Source: Octopus bimaculoides
Lineage: Eukaryota
DNA: 64,000 nt
Assembly: GCF_001194135.2 (NCBI RefSeq)
Contig: NC_068983.1
Location: forward strand, 154,984,944 to 155,048,943
Direction: 5' to 3'
Shown: positions 1-12,399 of the stretch, piece by piece
Layout: every line of letters starts with the position of its first letter
Position numbering within the stretch: position 1 is the first letter of the stretch
Made by a program: the position numbers and the translations under genes
Notes under the pieces: model-generated
The model's input: only the letters and a program-made list of their open reading frames with translations
The model's database searches: none
What the model was told of the DNA's origin: nothing

Positions 1-752
1 CTGTTACTCCCACCTCCTCTCATCCATTTTTGTTATTACTTTTCATTTTATTAATTGACCTCTGATTGTCTAATAAATAAAACAATTGTTTCTCAACACC
101 CCTCCTACTCAAGTATTCAGTTTCTTTCTGTATCTAGCCAGGCTCCCTTTCATCCTCCCTTCAGTTTTCTTCTTTTACTCTTTCTCTCACTCCCTCTTTG
201 TGTTCCCAAGTATATTTTTTTTATTACATCTCATCTGTTTCTTGTTAACTGGCACCTCCGATTACCCTTCAATTGTTCCTTACCTTTGTTCTTTCTGTCC
301 TTTATTCTATCTTCCCACTCCCTGGTCCCTTACCTCATATCCTGTATCTTTTTCATTCTAACCCCCTTTTTACTCTAGTCTCATCTTTTGGTCCTTCCTA
401 CATCCTTTTCCTTATATAGTCAACCTGTTTTTTTTTTTTTTTAAAGTCAAAGCATGGGAGTTGTGGAGAAACATTGCCTATAACCCTTGACCCCTTATAA
501 GGCCTCCAATACTTGCAGCCATATCAACAAGGAAGTTATCCTCAATCCATAGACTTGGCCTGAATACATGGACTTCCTGCGGAAAGCATCTATGTCCCCC
601 ATTCCACCCCGGGTAGGAATTAAACCAAGCAACAAGAGAAATGTTCTATCGTCCATATAGAAACCATAGCAGGAACTCAGATTTCCAAAATACAGACCAT
701 ATGCCACAATGCATTTAATTTGAAGATTCATACTGTTTCCCCAATCTATATT

Positions 753-956
753 CTCTTTACTCGATTTTACTCTTTTACTTGTTTCAGTCTTTTGACTGCG
801 GCCATGCTGGAGCATCGCCTTTAGTCGAGCAAATCGACCCCAGGACTTATTCTTTGTAAGCCTAGTACTTATTCTATCGGTCTCTTTTGCCGAACCGCTA
901 AGTTACGGGGACATAAACACACCAGCATCGGTTGTCAAGCGATGTTGGGGGGACAA

Positions 957-989
<33 letters not shown>

Positions 990-1166
990 CATATGCATAT
1001 ATACGACGGGCTTCTTTCAGTTTCCGTCTACCAAATCCACTTACAAGGCTTTGGTCGGCCCGAGGCTATATTCGAAGACACTTGCCCAAGGTGCCATGCA
1101 GTGGGACTGAACCCGGAACCATGTGGTTGGTAAGCAAGCTACTTACCACACAGCCACTCCTGCTCC
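753..1166 (-). mobile_element. tRNA-derived SINE, family A, full-length and well preserved
   Basis: Minus strand reads GGAGTGGCTGTGTGGTAAG (A-box like)...GGGTTCAGTCCCAC (B-box like)...CCTTGGGCAAGTGTCTTC, an internal (TA)n, and a 3' tail of GTAAAAGA-like repeats. Many further copies occur in the window. Confidence 0.9.
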
Positions 1167-1946
1167 TACATTGTATCGCCACATTTTTTTTTTTTTTTTT
1201 TTTTTCATTAACCCTATAGAATGAAAAGCAAAGTTGTCCTCTACCAGGTTTGAATGCAAGGCATTCATGCTATCTGATGATCTAATGACTCTGCTGCCAA
1301 TTTACTCCATTAATATCTTCTATACTGTTGTCTGCCATTCCCCAGCTATCTCCCTTCAGCCTATCTCTTCCTATACAAGAAATAGTCAGCCTCTTCTTCA
1401 GTTTATCTGTCACACAGCCTATCTTTCCTCCTTTTTTTCTTTCTATCTTCCTTTCCATTGTCCTCTTGCTGTGTTGTTCATTATCCAGTTCTTGTTTACA
1501 TTCTTCTTGTTCCTTATATTACTTACCCTCCCTCCTCCCCTAATCCTCTAGTTCCAAAACTTATCTATTCTGTCTCTGTTCTTCTTGTTGATGTTGTCTG
1601 TTGATCGTTTTTTTTTTTTTTTTGCCATTTTACTTTCTGTACCTGTTCTTTCTTTATTACTTCCTCCAATCCCTTATTCTTCTGGCTTCCATGTTTTTCT
1701 TCCCTTTCCTAGCTCCCTCAGTTTTCCTTTTTTTTTTCTTCTTGTTGTTGTAATTGTTCTTTCTCACTATCAACATTTTTCTTCTTACTTTCTTAGCTTT
1801 TTTTTTTTACCTTTTCTACATACCTTACTTCCATTTGCAAATACCCCTTCTTTCTTCTCTTCCTTCTCGCTTTTCTTATCTTTTCTTCTACACACACGCA
1901 CACACACACATTTGCGTATGGAACTATGAACAAACAGAAAACTTAC

Positions 1947-2071
1947 CAAGTAGTTGCAGAGAAATTCACTTTCCTCAGTCTACTCTTAACACTTAACTTT
2001 CGGCATTGACATAGATTTGATCCATGTTAATTATGGCAAAGACTATTTATGAGGAACAGTTGGAGGAATTG
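1947..2071 (-). other. Candidate 125-nt spliced exon, closed in all three frames (UTR, lncRNA or poison exon)
   Basis: Minus-strand acceptor ttttttcttgtcttttgtttctgtgctAG (AG at 2073-2072) and donor TTG|GTAAGT (GT at 1946). The phase-1 reading gives xIPPTVPHK-stop. No expression evidence. Confidence 0.35.
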
Positions 2072-2419
2072 CTAGCACAGAAACAAAAGACAAGAAAAAA
2101 TATATCAAAAAAATTTCAATGTGGAAAAGGAAGGAGTGGGGATGGGGTGGGGGTTAACAGAAAGGAAATGGAGGTAAAGTAAAAAAAAAAAAAGCAAAGA
2201 TAAATAGAGAATATTAAATAAATATTACCAAAATTAGATTAGAACCTGGATTTTTTTTTTCATTATGATCATTTTTTTATACCATTTTTACAGTTAACAC
2301 ATGTACTCACTCTTCACAAGTGGAAATAGATTTTTAAAAAAAGTCTCTTTCCTGTATATTAATTGGCAAACATGACTACCAAAATACATAGTTTATATAT
2401 GTGTGTGTGTGTGTGCGTG

Positions 2420-2462
<43 letters not shown>

Positions 2463-3232
2463 ATATATGTATATATATATATATATCATTTTTTGTCTAT
2501 TTTCCCATGTTGGCATGTGTTATAAATAAATATGCTGTCAGCAAAATTGTTTGAGTGTACATAGCATAGTTGCCGACACAGCAAGGAATAAATTAAGAAA
2601 CAGGATCAAAACTAGACAAAATGTATTCATGGTTTGATTCTCTATTACACGAAGAAGTAAATAAGTGTTTAAATTCTAACTTAATTTAAACATGAACATA
2701 TAGATGTGTTCTACATTTAAGTCTAGATTAGTATGCATATATTTCAGAGTAGGTTGCAGGCAGTTCACTTAGCAGAACAGTAAATTGAAATAACAACCTA
2801 TTCAAAGTAGGGAGCAGTGCTCATACTAGGTACTCTTCCAGAGGCCAAATGGCTCTAGGGGTCCAATTCTGATTTATGTACACTGTGGCTTGCTGTTAAT
2901 AAATATTATAGGGCCCGGCACATTGATTTATCTGTTGGGACAGGGGTCTTAAATGCTGCTAAGATGGCTTTTTTTTTTTTTTGTACTGGGGCATGATAAA
3001 TGCATTCAGTCTGCACTGCAAAGTGATTGGTGTTAATAAGGACATCCAGTTGTAAAGATGCCAAAGAACATAATATGGACAACAACAGATTGGTTGTTTT
3101 CTGTTTGCTGTGTGTTATCAGATGGCAAAGGACCAGAACATGGTAAAGACACAGTGAACCACTTGTTCAGCTTATAATTAGAATGGAAAATTAGAGGTAA
3201 AAATGAGGATGATAATGAAATAAATACATATA

Positions 3233-3550
3233 GGCGCAGGAGTAGCTGTGTGGTAAGTGTCTTCTACTATAGCCTCAGGCCAACCAAAGCCTTGTGAGTG
3301 GATTTGGTGGACGGAAACTGAAAGAAGCCCGTCGTATATATATATATATATGTTTGTGTGTGTTTGTCCCCCTCAACATTGCTTGACAGCTGATGCTGGT
3401 GTGTTTATGCCCCCATAACTTAGCAGTTTGGCAAATATGTCCAATAGAATAAGTACTAGACTTACAAAGAATAAGTCCCTGGGACAATTTGCTCAACTAA
3501 AGGTGGTGCTCCAGCATGGCCGCAGTCAAATGATTGAAACAAGTAAAAGA
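3233..3550 (+). mobile_element. SINE family A copy with an internal deletion of the B-box region
   Basis: GGCGCAGGAGTAGCTGTGTGGTAAGT joins directly to GTCTTCTACTATAG. Compared with 753-1166, about 60 bp between two AAGT microhomologies is missing. Confidence 0.88.
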
Positions 3551-3689
3551 ATTAAAGGATATGCACACATATCCTTTAAAATTATATTTCTCTGTTCCCC
3601 ACTACCCTTACTCTTTCTCTCTTCTTTTCTTCTCCGCCCTAAATGTTTTCTGAACATCAAATGTTGTCATTTTACCTACTCTGTTACAA

Positions 3690-4485
3690 TAATAGTAATT
3701 GGAGCCAGAAATTCGTGGGGAAGAGGAACAATTGATTATATCAACCTAAGCACTTGACTGGCACCTTGTTTTATTTAATATGGTGAGGTGAAAGGCAAAA
3801 TTAACCTGAGTGGGCTTTCAACTTTTAGTGTTCAGAACTATACATAAAATAATAAAAAGGAATTTGTTTTAGCCTTAACAATAATGATAATTTTTTTTCA
3901 AACTTTAGTTCAAGGCCAGCAGTTTTAGGGGGTGAAGCTTTATTGACTGCTTCACCCTCCATACATGACTGGTACTTATTTCATTAACCCTGGAAGGATG
4001 AAATGCCTAATGTTGTCTACCATGGTAACATTTCATTCAACCCACTGCATTAGCAATATTAGTAATAATAATGGTTTCAAATCGTTCCACAATGGTAGCA
4101 ATTTTGGGGGAGGGGATGAGTCAGTTACATCAACCCCCAGTGTTCAACTGGTACTTATTTTATTGACCCCCGAAAGGATGCAGAGCAAAGCTAACCTCGG
4201 TGAAATTGGAACTCAGAATGGAACAACAGGTGAAATACCGCTAAGCATTTCGTTAATGTGCTAACGATTCTGCCAGCTCACCACCTTAATAATAAGGATA
4301 TTTTCTAATATAGACTGAAGATTTGAAACTTGCAGGGACGGACCAGCTCGTTAGATTGAATCCAGTTCTTTGTACATAAATCTATCAACCTATCAAGTAT
4401 GAAAGGCAAAGTTAACTTCAGTGGGATTTGAACTCAGCTGTAGCAAATACCACAGGGTATTTTGTCTGGTGATCTAATTATTGTA
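3690..4485 (-). mobile_element. Head-to-tail cluster of about four SINE family B copies (best copy 4063-4287)
   Basis: Repeated variants of ACTGGTACTTATTTTATTGACCCC-GAAAGGATG-GGCAAAG-GAACTCAG; most junctions are AAT-rich. Homologous to the full copy at 58204-58435. Confidence 0.75.
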
Positions 4486-4496
4486 CCAAAAGAATA

Positions 4497-4804
4497 AAAG
4501 GGTAAACACCTTCTTCGGTCATGAATGACCTTGGGATTGCACCTAGAAAGTTCCCCTCCGAGGCACAAATCTGGGCAAGGTTGTTTATGGAAGACCAGCA
4601 GTTGCTCATGCATACTAGCCTTCCCTCTCCATTCCATGGATGCCATCATAACTCATAACTCATTTCCACAGCTGAGTGAACTGGAGCAATGTGAAATAAA
4701 GTGTCTTGCTCAAGAACACAGCATGCAGCCCAGTCCAGTAATCAGACTCACTACCACATGATTGTGAGCCTGATGCTCTAACCACTGAGCCATGTGCCCT
4801 CATG
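4497..4804 (-). mobile_element. tRNA-derived SINE, family E, with an 11-bp TSD
   Basis: CCAAAAGAATA at 4486-4496 and 4805-4815. Minus-strand head GGCTCAGTGGTTAGAGC, central TTGAGCAAGACACTTTATTTC, TTTACCCTTTT tail. Homologous to 27721-28062. Confidence 0.85.
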
Positions 4805-6016
4805 CCAAAAGAATATATTTTTCTTTTTGAGGGGAAAAAAAAAATACAGATGGAAAAGTAAAGATGAAAATGCAGTTAAAGAAAGATTATAATGATTTTT
4901 GTCATCACATGTAATCAAAATGATAATCTCTAAGAGAATGGAACTGGTTCACATCAGGAAAATAAAGCATTGGTGGAGGGGGACAGGGGGGCAAAAATTA
5001 ACTAAGTAAGAGTTATTTGTTACCATTTAATAGTGGGTAGATTTGATTGTAAATATTTTTTCAGGGATTGGTCTTTGTGTGTGTATGTGTTCAGCAAGAG
5101 GATAAAGTCAAAACTAAAAACCCCAAATATTTAATCTTTTTAAAAGATAAAAAATAGCTAAAATATTATGACTGCTAAAAGAATTTGAAGAAGAAAAAAA
5201 AAAAAATTCTAAGAAATTGAAAAGAACAAAATAGAAATCTGTAATAAAGAAGATAACATATTTTGATCCTTAAAAAATGGTGACTTGATTGAATAGGAAC
5301 CTTTCTAAAAAGAAGGAAATAATAAAAAAAATATAGTGTTTATCAGCACTAAGAGTTCCTTCCTGCTATTTTTACGAAAAGAAAAAAATGAAATAGGAAA
5401 ACTCTGTGGATGACTTCATATCACACCTGAATGGTTTTAAGTAAATGAAAGCAAGAACAACAAAAAGAAATAAGTCTCAGGAAGGATTTCTTTTCTAAAA
5501 TATTTTTTTTTTTAAGGAAAGACTGGCAAAAAAAAAAAAATGGTTTTAAAATATAAAAGGGTTTTAAAATGTAAAATTCTGAAAAAGCAAAATGAAAAAA
5601 ATGCTTGAAGAAAGGAAAAATAATAATTTAAGAATGATTTGAAAAATATTAAAATTACAATAAACATGTAAGAATGAAAAAAAGTGTGTTTAGGTTTCTT
5701 AGGTTTTGTGTGGCAGGAGTAATTTTATTTTGGAAGATTTAGCAACAGCTGTAATGATGATAAGAGAAGTTCCAAAAACTACAACAGCAACAGATAATAC
5801 AAGTCTTGGAGCTTTTAGGTAGTTTCATAATCTGTGTGCAAAGTTTCAGAATGCATTTGTATAATTAACCCTTCTGATGCCAAACTGTCTGAGCTGCCTC
5901 CAGTCTTTTGATACCAAAAACCTCCCATTATAATGTTACACAGTAACCTTTTTCTGTTACACTATATTCAAAACACCAGCTTAATATATTTGTCTAATGA
6001 AAAAGTTATTTATTAA

Positions 6017-6304
6017 CCCCTTAGCATTTAGGATTATTCTGTCAAAAGTGATGCATATTTATTCACATTATTTTGAGATTTCAATGATGTTGTTGCTTAT
6101 TTTTAACCTTTAGCTTATTGTAGGTACATTATGTCGCCATATGAGTTTTCTCTCCTGTAGTAATAGGCCAATTTTAGAGAAAAAGCAGTGTGCTAAAGGT
6201 TAAAATGACATTGTAGAGTAGGTGTGAGAGGCTGGATCTGACTAGTTTGAACATAAAACTGGTAGGATATTTGGGCATAATATGGCCAATTTAAATGCTA
6301 AGAG
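6017..6304. mobile_element. piggyBac-type MITE, family F (TTAA-flanked)
   Basis: TTAA at 6013-6016 and 6305-6308; termini CCCCTTAGCATTTA / TAAATGCTAAGAG. Homologous pieces at 27531-28096 and 59241-59550. Confidence 0.75.
6107..6199. mobile_element. 93-bp piggyBac-type MITE, family G, nested in family F
   Basis: TTAA-CCTTTAGC (6103-6114)...GCTAAAGG-TTAA (6192-6203). A second copy is at 59298-59407. Confidence 0.75.
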
Positions 6305-6756
6305 TTAAATTCCTCCACAGACTACTAGATTATGGTAAAAAAATGGTTAAGTATATGTTAAAATGTATAATATTCTGAGCGCTAAATATGCTAAAAGCAT
6401 TAAATACACTAAGAAATGATTGTGCATCGCATCTTATATTAGACAATATTATTTATGTTCATTTTAGGAAATATTAGACACAATTATAGTTTGGCCAAAT
6501 TAGATTGGAACCTGGTGTAGCTCCCCAGCTGACCAGTTTTCAGTCAAACTGTCCAACCTGTGCCAGCATGGAGAGTAGGCGTTAAACAGTGATGATGATT
6601 GCTGTTTTAGTCTTGTTATGGCTTCATCAGCCAAACATATACATCGTTGTATTTGGTTGCAATAGTAATGGGAGAATCATTATATGAATTCAAAATATTG
6701 TTTATCTAGTTGATGTAGGAAAAGAGGATTCTCTAAAACATAAGTAATCTTTTCAG

Positions 6757-6836
6757 AGATTCAGACTGAAATTATTGATGACGAGCCTTCGCTAATAAAG
6801 CCACAAAGACTGAACATAAGACCAGAACATGTCTAA
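6757..6836 (+). CDS. Candidate terminal coding exon, (E)IQTEIIDDEPSLIKPQRLNIRPEHV-stop; product unknown
   Basis: Acceptor aatcttttcAG at 6755-6756, phase 1, 25 codons to TAA at 6834-6836, followed by unique UTR-like sequence with ATTAAA near 6919 and 6934. The pyrimidine tract is short and no homology was recognised. Confidence 0.3.
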
Positions 6837-7410
6837 AATTATCTTCCATACTTGCCAAAACACTATCTGGTGCTTCAAGTGTTAGCAGCGACCCATTTAC
6901 CAGCATAGCCAAACTGGCATTAAACTTATGATGATTAAAAGTATTTTCCTGTCTTGTGTCTTCACTTCACTTCTATCTATGCTTCTCCTACACAAAATTG
7001 CTATATTGTATGTGTGTCTATATTAATTAAAATGAATGAATGTTTTGTCCTGTCTCTGCTTTCCGGGTTAGGCTTCTGTTATATTTTAATGAAAGCTTCA
7101 TCCTGTCTTGTATAGTCTTTGGCTCATCTCTGTCTACCACGCTAAACACTTGATATAATTTACATAAGTCATTCACTGTCATAGGGGCACAACAAGTGTT
7201 TCTATTGCCAACTTTATATAATTATCACACAATGAAGGATTCTTCTGTATTCTCTCTCTATCTCTCTCTCTCTCTCTCTTTTCCTCTTTTTTTTTGTTTG
7301 TTAACCACCGGATCTTTGAGAACATTTAATATATAACCATTGATTGTGAACAGTATCCTGTGTGTGCCTATATGTGGGTCTCTGTCTCTCTGTATACATT
7401 CATGTGTACG

Positions 7411-7414
<4 letters not shown>

Positions 7415-7488
<74 letters not shown>
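7415..7488. repeat. (CA)n microsatellite
   Basis: Uninterrupted CA run read directly. Confidence 0.98.
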
Positions 7489-7490
<2 letters not shown>

Positions 7491-7865
7491 ATGTATATAT
7501 AAGTTAGTGACATCATAACACATTTGTATGTAGGTATGAATTTGCAACAAACACTGTCTTGAAAGTAACTCAAATAGATGTCATGATGTCAAGTTTGTGT
7601 GTGTGTGTGCGCGTGGTTGAATACTAGCTAAGCTATAATTGTTGTGTATGTGTGATATAGATAACTTTTGTGAATATGCACCTGCGCATATATTTAATAC
7701 ATGGTAGTATATTTTGCATATTTTAGTATGTGTCTGTGTATATATCATTATCATCATTCTTAATGTCTGTTTTCCATGCTGGCATAGGTTGGACATCATG
7801 ATATATAAAACATAAAAAACAGACATAAAATAAAAAACAGACGGTGTTGGAACTCTTTTCAACAA

Positions 7866-7913
<48 letters not shown>

Positions 7914-8106
7914 CCTCGTGGGCATCGGTACCATTTTCCTCTTTCTCCGTTCTTCCATTCTCCGAACTTTCCATCTTTCCGACGAAGGGCTACGCCCGAA
8001 ACGTNNNNNNNNNNCTCTCTCTTTCCTTTCCTGAGCATCCAATAATACTATCCATATCACGTCCTCACTTTGTTGTTTTTTTTGTTTTTTTGTTATTGTT
8101 TTTTTT

Positions 8107-8110
<4 letters not shown>
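7914..8110 (+). mobile_element. Short (TA)n-flanked PLE-like non-coding unit carrying a hammerhead core
   Basis: (TA)n on both sides. 8041-8110 is the near-identical reverse complement of 11925-11990. Contains CCGACGA-A-GGGC-TAC-GCCC-GAAAC-GT just before a 10-N gap. Confidence 0.6.
7979..8004 (+). ncRNA. Partial minimal hammerhead ribozyme motif (3' part lost in the N gap)
   Basis: Core CCGACGA 7979-7985, stem II GGGC/GCCC (7987-7990/7994-7997), GAAAC 7998-8002. Confidence 0.5.
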
Positions 8111-8157
<47 letters not shown>

Positions 8158-9792
8158 GTGTGTGTGTGTCTATATGTATATATGCACATAATGGGCTTTT
8201 TTTTTCAGTTCCTGTCTACCAAATCCACTCACAAGGCACTTGCCCAAGGTGCCATGCAGTGAGACTGAACCTGGGGTCACATAACCATTCCTCATCCTAT
8301 ATATATAAATATAAATCATTATCATCATCGTTTAATGTCCTCTTTCCATGCTGGCACAAGTTGGATGGTTTGAGAGGTGGCCATAGAGAAGCCTGCACCA
8401 GACTTCTGTGTCTATTTTGGTTTTATATATATATATATATATATTGATTGTTTGGTCATCATTATCATTTAATGCCTGTTTTCTGTGCTGGCATGGGTTG
8501 GATGGTTTAACAGGATCTAAGAATCCAGTGGACTGTGTTGAACTCTGTTTTAGTTTGGTTTCTGTATTTGGATGCCCTTCTTGGGTTTCACTTGATATTG
8601 ACCAATGCTAACATCTATCTCTCATTCCCCTCTCGCTGTATTTATATTTTGTGGCTATGTGGTAAGAAGCTTCTCGACCACATGGTTCTGGATTCAGTCC
8701 CACTGCATGGCTCCTTGGACAAATGTCTTCTNNNNNNNNNNNNNNNNNNNNNNNNNNNNNNNNNNNNNNNNNNNNNNNNNNNNNNNNNNNNNNNNNNNNN
8801 NNNNNNNNNNNNNNNNNNNNNNNNNNNNNNNNNNNNNNNNNNNNNNNNNNNNNNNNNNNNNNNNNNNNNNNNNNNNNNNNNNNNNNNNNNNNNNNNNNNN
8901 NNNNNNNNNNNNNNNNNNNNNNNNNNNNNNNNNNNNNNNNNNNNNNNNNNNNNNNNNNNNNNNNNNNNNNNNNNNNNNNNNNNNNNNNNNNNNNNNNNNN
9001 NNNNNNNNNNNNNNNNNNNNNNNNNNNNNNNNNNNNNNNNNNNNNNNNNNNNNNNNNNNNNNNNNNNNNNNNNNNNNNNNNNNNNNNNNNNNNNNNNNNN
9101 NNNNNNNNNNNNNNNNNNNNNNNNNNNNNNNNNNNNNNNNNNNNNNNNNNNNNNNNNNNNNNNNNNNNNNNNNNNNNNNNNNNNNNNNNNNNNNNNNNNN
9201 NNNNNNNNNNNNNNNNNNNNNNNNNNNNNNNNNNNNNNNNNNNNNNNNNNNNNNNNNNNNNNNNNNNNNNNNNNNNNNNNNNNNNNNNNNNNNNNNNNNN
9301 NNNNNNNNNNNNNNNNNNNNNNNNNNNNNNNNNNNNNNNNNNNNNNNNNNNNNNNNNNNNNNNNNNNNNNNNNNNNNNNNNNNNNNNNNNNNNNNNNNNN
9401 NNNNNNNNNNNNNNNNNNNNNNNNNNNNNNNNNNNNNNNNNNNNNNNNNNNNNNNNNNNNNNNNNNNNNNNNNNNNNNNNNNNNNNNNNNNNNNNNNNNN
9501 NNNNNNNNNNNNNNNNNNNNNNNNNNNNNNNNNNNNNNNNNNNNNNNNNNNNNNNNNNNNNNNNNNNNNNNNNNNNNNNNNNNNNNNNNNNNNNNNNNNN
9601 NNNNNNNNCACATACAAAAATCAGACATATTCACAAATACACACATAAAAATCTCTTAACGCCTTTGAATGCAAGTTTGTTTATTTTGTTATGTTTTTCT
9701 ACAACAATAAAATTTAAGAGATTTCTCGTTTTCCTTTCTTTTTGTTTTTTTATGTTCAAAATATCTGTTGCTTTGATGATTGCACCTGTGTG

Positions 9793-9848
<56 letters not shown>

Positions 9849-10687
9849 CAAGTGTGGTAAAGGTTAACATAGATGCACGTATGTACATATGCATGGGTCT
9901 GTATTTCCTCATTGTGTATGGCAGCATGTATGTGTATTTACGTGTGCAGGTAATGTGAGTATATATGTGTGTTTGTGTGTGCATAATGTTTGTGTGTATG
10001 TGTGAAATTATTAAATGTTTATGTACAAAAACAGTGCAAAACCTAAGATAAATATAGTTGTTTCACTACAGTTTTTAAGCCTCTTTCACTGTCGAAACTT
10101 TAAACAGATGTGAATACATCTTGATATTCTCTTTGGACAAAGAAAAGTGTATATATATATGTATTTACATATCTCTATATCGGTTAATTATATACTCTGT
10201 GTGTGTGTGTGTGTGTAATACATAAATACACATATATGTATGTTGGAATATGGTATTTTATGTTAGTTGGCATATATAGTGTTTTTACAAGCAGAAGGTT
10301 ATACAATGTATGAAAATTGATGGCTAGNNNNNNNNNNNNNNNNNNNNNNNNNTGTGTGTGTGTGTGTGTACATTTCTTTTTGCATCTGTGCAAGTATACT
10401 ATGTGACAGATGCACAATGTATGCATAATGCACCATAGCTACATTTGAGAAACAATGCACACATATATAGGTACACCCTATATAGGCAAGCAGAATTATG
10501 GTACATGCACTAATGTGTATACACACTACCACACAAATATGTATGTATGTATATACAAGTGCACATGAAGAAAACTTACATGTACATATCTAAGTGTACA
10601 TATAATATCTACATGTATATGTGTGCATGGGCTTAGCTATTGGATTTGTGTGTGGGTGTATATGTAAATATACATTATATATGCATG

Positions 10688-10718
<31 letters not shown>

Positions 10719-10736
10719 ATCTCTCTCTCTCTCTCG

Positions 10737-10767
<31 letters not shown>

Positions 10768-11328
10768 NNNNNNNNNNNNNNNNNNNNNNNNNNNNNNNNN
10801 NNNNNNNNNNNNNNNNNNNNNNNNNNNNNNNNNNNNNNNNNNNNNNNNNNNNNNNNNNNNNNNNNNNNNNNNNNNNNNNNNNNNNNNNNNNNNNNNNNNN
10901 NNNNNNNNNNNNNNNNNNNNNNNNNNNNNNNNNNNNNNNNNNNNNNNNNNNNNNNNNNNNNNNNNNNNNNNNNNNNNNNNNNNNNNNNNNNNNNNNNNNN
11001 NNNNNNNNNNNNNNNNNNNNNNNNNNNNNNNNNNNNNNNNNNNNNNNNNNNNNNNNNNNNNNNNNNNNNNNNNNNNNNNNNNNNNNNNNNNNNNNNNNNN
11101 NNNNNNNNNNNNNNNNNNNNNNNNNNNNNNNNNNNNNNNNNNNNNNNNNNNNNNNNNNNNNNNNNNNNNNNNNNNNNNNNNNNNNNNNNNNNNNNNNNNN
11201 NNNNNNNNNNNNNNNNNNNNNNNNNNNNNNNNNNNNNNNNNNNNNNNNNNNNNNNNNNNNNNNNNNNNNNNNNNNNNNNNNNNNNNNNNNNNNNNNNNNN
11301 NNNNNNNNNNNNNNNNNNNNNNNNNNNN

Positions 11329-11376
<48 letters not shown>

Positions 11377-11861
11377 TAAATATATATAAACCATTAGTTT
11401 GAAAATTGATTGTACAAAAGCAAGCTGTTTGTCAGCAGGCAGCTGATCCTATTTTAAAACCACATTATCTCAGGTGTATAAGATGGAATGGATGGTAATA
11501 GATGGTGGGGATTGTGGTTGGGATGCTTGTGGTCGTGGTGGTGGTGGTGGTGGTGGTGTGTTGGATGGGATGAAGAAAGCTATGATTGAAAATAAAAAAT
11601 AAAAAATATTTCCAAGAGATGATGTTTGTGTGTGATGCTATAGTTGCCGATTTTGGTGGTGGTGGAGTTGTTAGTGTTGTTGTGATGCTGTGTGTGTCTG
11701 TGTGTGTGCACACGCTTTTATCATTGTGATTGATATTGTGGTTGTGGCAGTGGTGGTATTATTAATGATGTGTTGTTGTTGTTGTTGTTGGCTGAAGTAC
11801 TTGTGGTCGTAGTTGACTTTGTAATGGTGTTGTAGTGAGGTTGTTGCTAATAATGAGGTGG

Positions 11862-11924
<63 letters not shown>

Positions 11925-11927
<3 letters not shown>

Positions 11928-12200
11928 CAAAAAAACAATAACAAAAAAACAAAAAAACAACAAAGTGAGGATGTGATATAGATAGTATTATATATATATA
12001 TATATAAATATATAAAACAAAAGCATGTCAAAAGAATGTACACAATGTATGTATTAAGCTGCCGTTCAGTTTAAGATGGTAAAAAAGCGGGTTTGTGATG
12101 TTTTGAGCATGGCTCTTCATCAGAAAGAGGAAAGGTCTGGAGCGAAGGAACAAAATAGTCTGAGAGAAGCATGTTTGTCGTTACATGGCTGATATGTGTG
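11925..12200 (-). mobile_element. Short PLE-like unit related to 7914-8110, opposite orientation, with a degenerate hammerhead
   Basis: Left end abuts (TA)n and shares a roughly 66-bp end with 8041-8110. Minus strand 12123-12097 reads CTGATGA-A-GAGC-CAT-GCTC-AAAAC-ATC. The right boundary is approximate. Confidence 0.55.
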
Positions 12201-12399
12201 TATGAGGGTCAGTATTTTGTGTTGAGGATGGTTGATAAGGTAGGAAAGGTGTTAACTTAAGTAATGCAATTTATTGAACAACTTCTTAGGCATATCTGTT
12301 GGTATGCACATATACCTAGATACGCATGTAAGAATATATGTGTGTATGTGTTGGAAATATGACTGTGCTATTATTATCTATTTTATTAAGTACTTTTTT

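Noticed and set aside
55-1996. Leu/Phe/Ser-rich ORFs on the plus strand
   Set aside because: They arise from a CT-rich low-complexity tract and SINE sequence; no domain is recognisable.
8535-9847. Long ORFs (300-400 aa) here and at 10621-11394, 40476-41113, 52951-54181, 57332-58108, 62199-62776
   Set aside because: They are open only because they run through N gaps.
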